From the NCBI GenBank assembly GCA_043801585.1, contig JAZDLX010000056.1:1-10500 (forward strand): a stretch of DNA of 10,500 nt, read 5' to 3'. Below are positions 6,274 to 10,500 of the stretch, piece by piece. The stretch comes from a bacterium (GTDB lineage Bacteria; Electryoneota; Electryoneia; Electryoneales; Electryoneaceae). The stretch's first letter is position 1. Each line of letters starts with the position of its first letter. A program made the translations under genes and the position numbers. The notes below the pieces were generated by a model. The model did no database searches. It had not been told where the DNA came from and saw only the letters and a program-made list of their open reading frames with translations.

Positions 6274-8346
6274 ATGCAACTTTTCAAGGTATTCCGAACT
6301 TCTCCACATCGATCCATCATCGCCACCTTTGTCGTATGCCTTTTCCCAGCCCTTTGCCTCGCACAGATTTCCACTCAGACCACCGTCGCAGTTCTGGACC
6401 TCGACATTTCCGGCGGCATCCCGCAGGAGTATCAGCGAACGCTCTCCGACAAGCTGCGCCAGGAATTGTTTGCGACAGGGCGATTCGTGGTGATCGAGCG
6501 CAACCGGATGGAGGACATTCTCGGCGAGCAGGGGTTCCAATTGGCGGGCTGCACCTCCGCCGAATGCGCGGTCGAGGTAGGAAAGCTCCTCGGAGTTCGG
6601 GAGATTATCGCAGGCTCTATTGGTCGTGTCGGCCAGGCCCACTCGGTGATCGTCAGGCGCATAGACGTTGAAACCGGCGAGATCGTCGACGCCAAGAGTG
6701 TCGAGTGCCTGTGCACAATCGAGGACGTCCTCTCCACCCGCCTGCGCCAGGTCGCCTACATGATGGCCGGGCTTGCCCCGCCGGTCATTCCAGAGGTCAC
6801 TTCACCCGGTGCGGGTACAGTCGCGGGCGTGGGCGACCTTTTCATCAAGTCCGAGCCTGATGGAGCCGCCATCTGGATTGACGGCAAGCCGCGGCCGGAA
6901 ACAACCCCAGCGATGCTCGAGAAACTCGCCGCCGGACCGCACACGGTCAGGGTGCAGAAAAACAATCTCGTCGGCCAAAGACAGATATTTGTTGACCCCA
7001 ATAGTATCACCCGCATTGAGATCCCGATGGCAACAGGCCGAGTCTCGCTTCGCATCACCTCCACTCCCTACGAAGCGACAGTCATTCTCGACGGTGAACG
7101 GATTGGCCCAACTCCACAGGTCGTCAACGACCTCGAAGCGGGCGACCACCGCCTTCGCCTTGAACACGAGGAGTATCTCCCACTTGAAAAAATAGTCAGA
7201 TTGAAAGCGGGTGAGGAAAACCGTGTTGACTGGACGCTGACCCATTACGCCGGACTCGAGATCATTACGGTTCCGGAAGGCGCCGAGATCGCAATAGACG
7301 GCAGACCGTACGGAACCGCCCCGCTGTCGTTCAACAATGCAAAACCAGGGGAGTACAAAATTGCCACATTCTTACGCGGATACAAGATCGAACAGCAAAC
7401 TGTTCAGTTAGAGGCGGGTCAGACTGAACAGGTGAGGTTCAATCTGGAAAAAATCTATGCAACCCTGAGGATCGAATCGGAATTGGGCGAGGCGATGTTG
7501 ACCATTGACGACTCAACGAGAAAGGTTCGATTTCCAGTCGGTACGGCGTTGCCCTTTGGTACACACACCGTCACAGTCAATAAAGATCGTTTCGAACCAT
7601 GGCAAAATACCGTCACATTGACTGAAGAGCGGATATATACTTTGCGAGCCAACCCGCAACCGTACATGGGATTCTTGGACATTTCTCGAATTATTGCTGG
7701 AACGCGCGTGTACGTGGACGGTAAACATATCGGCACGGTCCCCATGTCCAACCCTTCCGTGACAGTTGGAAAACACATTGTGACATTTAAGCGAACTGGT
7801 TACACATCTTCGGAACTTTTACAAGTAAATATCACACGAGGCAGTCAGATTCCCGTTACCGCGGGTCTTATCCCGAAAACCAGGAATAAAGCCCTTCTGC
7901 GTTCCGCGATCTTACCGGGCTTGGGCCAACTCTATGCTGAACGCGGGATTGGTGTAGTCTATCTCCTCGGAGAACTGGCCGCGTCGGAAGCCATCATTTA
8001 TTCCATCAATGAATACAACAGCAGTGTCAACAAATATGATGCTGCGCAGGCTCTCTATGAGAGCGCTATTTCAATGGATCAAATCGCCACTACGAAGGAA
8101 AGACGGGATCATGCATGGGATAATGTGCAAAGAAAGCAGCAAATAATGATTGCCGCTGCGGCCGTTGCGGGCGGTCTCTACATCTGGAATCTGGCTGACA
8201 TCGTCATCTTCGGCATCAAGCGTGACGATTCCCCCCGGTCCAGCTTGCATGGCAACGCTGGAGGATTTATTCAGCCAACGTTAGTTCGCGATTCCCGTGG
8301 AGAGGCGGTGCCGGGTATCTCATTCAGATTAAGTGGCGGCTTCTGA
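6274..8346 (+). CDS. Secreted/envelope protein: CsgG/FlgO/LpoB-like N-terminal domain, five PEGA domains, DUF5683-like C-terminal region
   Basis: ATG 6274 is preceded by GGAGAG; the track's longer start at 6226 is less likely. Signal peptide ...IIATFVVCLFPALCLA/Q. N-domain TVAVLDL...LRQELFATGRFVVIERNRMEDILGEQGFQLAGCTSAECAVEVGKLLGV...RRIDVETGEI (~6379-6765). PEGA units start GDLFIKSEPDGAAIWIDG, SLRITSTPYEATVILDG, GLEIITVPEGAEIAIDG, TLRIESELGEAMLTIDD (degenerate) and GFLDISRIIAGTRVYVDG (~6832-7875). C-terminal region KALLRSAILPGLGQLY...GLYIWNLAD...GISFRLSGGF*. Confidence 0.85.
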   Translation: MQLFKVFRTSPHRSIIATFVVCLFPALCLAQISTQTTVAVLDLDISGGIPQEYQRTLSDKLRQELFATGRFVVIERNRMEDILGEQGFQLAGCTSAECAVEVGKLLGVREIIAGSIGRVGQAHSVIVRRIDVETGEIVDAKSVECLCTIEDVLSTRLRQVAYMMAGLAPPVIPEVTSPGAGTVAGVGDLFIKSEPDGAAIWIDGKPRPETTPAMLEKLAAGPHTVRVQKNNLVGQRQIFVDPNSITRIEIPMATGRVSLRITSTPYEATVILDGERIGPTPQVVNDLEAGDHRLRLEHEEYLPLEKIVRLKAGEENRVDWTLTHYAGLEIITVPEGAEIAIDGRPYGTAPLSFNNAKPGEYKIATFLRGYKIEQQTVQLEAGQTEQVRFNLEKIYATLRIESELGEAMLTIDDSTRKVRFPVGTALPFGTHTVTVNKDRFEPWQNTVTLTEERIYTLRANPQPYMGFLDISRIIAGTRVYVDGKHIGTVPMSNPSVTVGKHIVTFKRTGYTSSELLQVNITRGSQIPVTAGLIPKTRNKALLRSAILPGLGQLYAERGIGVVYLLGELAASEAIIYSINEYNSSVNKYDAAQALYESAISMDQIATTKERRDHAWDNVQRKQQIMIAAAAVAGGLYIWNLADIVIFGIKRDDSPRSSLHGNAGGFIQPTLVRDSRGEAVPGISFRLSGGF

Positions 8347-8379
8347 ACTGGGAGAGATTCAGACTTTCAGGAGTGAAAA

Positions 8380-10500
8380 ATGATAACGATCAACAAACCG
8401 CCTTTCATCGGTGCTGCACTACTATCGTTCATCATAATCTTGGCTCTGTCCCTCGCCGTTTCCTGTGTTGAAATCCCCTCCGAGCCTGAAAACAACAACC
8501 CCCTCGATCCGGACAATCCGGAGACCGGCGGCGACCCATACCGGTTGACCGCAGTGATCGCAGATGGCGGCGTGCGGCTGAACTGGTCGTCGCTCAGCAT
8601 CCCCGACCTGATCGGCTACACGGTCTATCGAAGCGTTGACGAGGGTGAGTACACGTCTCTCGTGCAGATGGAGATGACCACCACAACCTGCACCGACCGT
8701 ACGATTGTCAACGGGCATCGGTACAGCTACTACATCGTCGCGCGGTCGGAGGGAGGCGAAGCGGGCACGACCGAGGAAGCCGCTGTGACCATTGATGCCG
8801 ACCCGATGCTCGTCATCGAGGGCGAGGACGTCACAGAGACCCCGACCCGTAACGTCACATTGACCCTGCTCGCGTTTGGCGCGGAGAAAATGCTTATTGC
8901 AAACGACCCCTCCTTCACCGATGTGTCCTGGGAGCCGTTTGCCTCTTCAAAGTCATGGCAGTTGGCCACAGGCACAGGGACGAAGACGGTGCACACTCAG
9001 GTGATCTGGGATAACGGCGACACATCCGATGTCGTTTCCGATGTCATCGAGCCGGCTCCGCTGGACGCTTCCGTTCTGATCAACAGCGGCAATACCGAGA
9101 CTCCCACACGCGAGGTCACTCTTGCCCTGTCCGCCACCGGCGCGGTGGAGATGATCGTTTCCAACGAATCGGTTCCAGATGGGGAACTGATAAAAATGGA
9201 TGCGAGAAAAAGAATGATCGAAACTGATCAGGACAGATCAATGTCCGTTCCGCAAGATCCTAAAAGAAATAATGATCCGACGGCGAAACCAGCCTCATCA
9301 CGAATTCCTCACAAGCAAGACAAAGCAACCCCCCAATCCAAGGCTGTACCAGGTCTTGATCACAGCGGAAACCCGGCGCGTGAGACCACCGCAGAATGGC
9401 AGCCCTACACCGAAACTCTCGACTGGACGCTATCCACCGGAGCGGGCACGAAAACTGTACATGTCACACTGCGTAACGACTTTCTGATCGAGGAAACAGT
9501 CAGTGACGACATCGAACCCACTCCCCTTAATACATCACTGACCATCGCGGGTGGCGCGGAGACGACACCCACTCGTACGGTGAATCTTGAGCTGTCAGCC
9601 ACCGGCGCAATCGAGATGCAGCTCGCGAACGACACAATCCCGGACACCACGAGTTGGCAATCCTTTGCCACATCTATATCCGACTGGATGCTCGAGACTG
9701 GAGTGGGTACAAAAACCGTCACGCTGAACGTCCGCAACGACTTCCTGATCGAGGAAACAGTGAGCGACGCCATTGAACCGGCGATCCTGCGTCCGGCACT
9801 GACCATCCTGCCCGCCGATTCGGAGTACATCAACCACTGGCAGGTGGCACTCTCCATGCCGGGGGTGGGGGCAGCCATAATGAAGCTTGCCAATACTCCT
9901 GATTCCAACGGTGTGGGCTGGATTGATTACCAGGAATCATACTCCTGGGATTTGGGGAGTGACGGGGAGAAAATCGTCTACGCATGGTTTGTCAATGATT
10001 GGTATCCACCTTCGGTAACCGTGTCAGACACGATCAAGCTCGACACGCAGGCCGAGGTCGCCTCGTTCAGTTGGACCTCATCTTCAGAGAATGATACACT
10101 TAGCACTGGTGATTACGCTACTTTCACGCTGACGCTGTCGGACGATGCTTTCGGCCCGGAGACAGGGGGTGTTGCGCAGGTTACGGTCGAGGATTGGCAA
10201 ACCTTCATGATGGCGGACGAAGGAAACGGCACCTACTCGGCCACAACCGACGCGCTCAGATGGGACCGTACCGGAATTTCGAATGCCGCGGTGTCCGTGT
10301 CTTTCACTGACCGTGCGGGGAACGGCGCAGGCGCGACGTCGCCAGACGCGCTCAATGTCGCGGATGATGTGCTCTGGCGTACGCTCACGGGGCATTCGGA
10401 TGTTGTGTATTCCGTCGCGTTCAGCCCGGACGGAACAACGCTCGCCAGCGGGAGTGGGGACCACACGATCAAGCTGTGGCGTGTCAACGACGGCAGCCTG
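8380..10500 (+). CDS. Large multidomain lipoprotein (NPLDP motif, FN3, four beta-sandwich-like repeats, Ig-like domain, WD40 repeats); 3' end truncated by the window edge
   Basis: Manually translated: 707 codons with no stop from ATG 8380, with CAGGAG at 8368-8373. [29 protein letters not shown]29 (lipobox Cys at 8464), then [20 protein letters not shown]3-like PYRLTA...VRLNW...GYTVYRS...[17 protein letters not shown] (~8536-8790). Repeats at 8803-10044, an Ig-like domain ending [11 protein letters not shown], and WD40 [36 protein letters not shown] (from 10378). Confidence 0.9.
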   Translation, partial: MITINKPPFIGAALLSFIIILALSLAVSCVEIPSEPENNNPLDPDNPETGGDPYRLTAVIADGGVRLNWSSLSIPDLIGYTVYRSVDEGEYTSLVQMEMTTTTCTDRTIVNGHRYSYYIVARSEGGEAGTTEEAAVTIDADPMLVIEGEDVTETPTRNVTLTLLAFGAEKMLIANDPSFTDVSWEPFASSKSWQLATGTGTKTVHTQVIWDNGDTSDVVSDVIEPAPLDASVLINSGNTETPTREVTLALSATGAVEMIVSNESVPDGELIKMDARKRMIETDQDRSMSVPQDPKRNNDPTAKPASSRIPHKQDKATPQSKAVPGLDHSGNPARETTAEWQPYTETLDWTLSTGAGTKTVHVTLRNDFLIEETVSDDIEPTPLNTSLTIAGGAETTPTRTVNLELSATGAIEMQLANDTIPDTTSWQSFATSISDWMLETGVGTKTVTLNVRNDFLIEETVSDAIEPAILRPALTILPADSEYINHWQVALSMPGVGAAIMKLANTPDSNGVGWIDYQESYSWDLGSDGEKIVYAWFVNDWYPPSVTVSDTIKLDTQAEVASFSWTSSSENDTLSTGDYATFTLTLSDDAFGPETGGVAQVTVEDWQTFMMADEGNGTYSATTDALRWDRTGISNAAVSVSFTDRAGNGAGATSPDALNVADDVLWRTLTGHSDVVYSVAFSPDGTTLASGSGDHTIKLWRVNDGSL
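8803..10044 (+). repeat. Four tandem intragenic protein repeats of ~84-88 aa (consensus TPTR.V.L.L.A.GA..M.LAN...W..F/Y....W.L..G.GTKTV....ND.....VSD.IEP)
   Basis: Units are ~8803-9054, 9055-9519 (with insertion), 9520-9780 and 9781-10044 (most diverged). DNA 9472-9519 and 9733-9780 match at 41 of 48 nt. Confidence 0.85.

Noticed and set aside
9181..9384. Intein or MITE as the source of the insertion
   Set aside because: There is no N-terminal Cys/Ser block or terminal His-Asn, it is too short for an intein, and no terminal inverted repeats or target-site duplication are visible.
9472..9780. DGR template/variable repeat pair or CRISPR-like repeats
   Set aside because: The mismatches are mostly synonymous third-position changes rather than adenine-specific. 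Both copies are in-frame parts of one protein, and there is no reverse transcriptase or cas gene in the window.
8367..10487. Short ORFs listed in the track over the right end
   Set aside because: They overlap the uninterrupted plus-strand lipoprotein frame from 8380, which has an RBS, a lipobox and clear domains.

Overview
Bacterial chromosomal window of about 55-60% GC from a diderm organism. The gene families and clear Shine-Dalgarno sites suggest a non-Bacteroidota FCB-type lineage, but that is only an inference. Left half, minus strand: a phoB/phoP-type response regulator (4417-5109) and a phoR-type sensor kinase (2626-4413). These are followed by a TonB-dependent receptor (start 2455 or 2443) that runs off the left edge and is missing from the ORF track because it has no stop in the window. 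Three pentamers at an exact 11-bp period upstream of the receptor look like a Pho box. Right half, plus strand: trmH (5314-6030), then a spacer with two related hairpins, then a tightly linked gene pair. The first is a secreted CsgG/FlgO-like + 5x PEGA + DUF5683-like protein (6274-8346). The second is a large lipoprotein (8380 to >10500, also missing from the ORF track) with an NPLDP motif, an FN3 domain, four ~87-aa beta-rich repeats (one carrying a 68-aa in-frame insertion), a further Ig-like domain and the start of a WD40 array. This pair is the best candidate for an uncharacterised surface-display system. No rRNA, tRNA, CRISPR array or transposase was seen.
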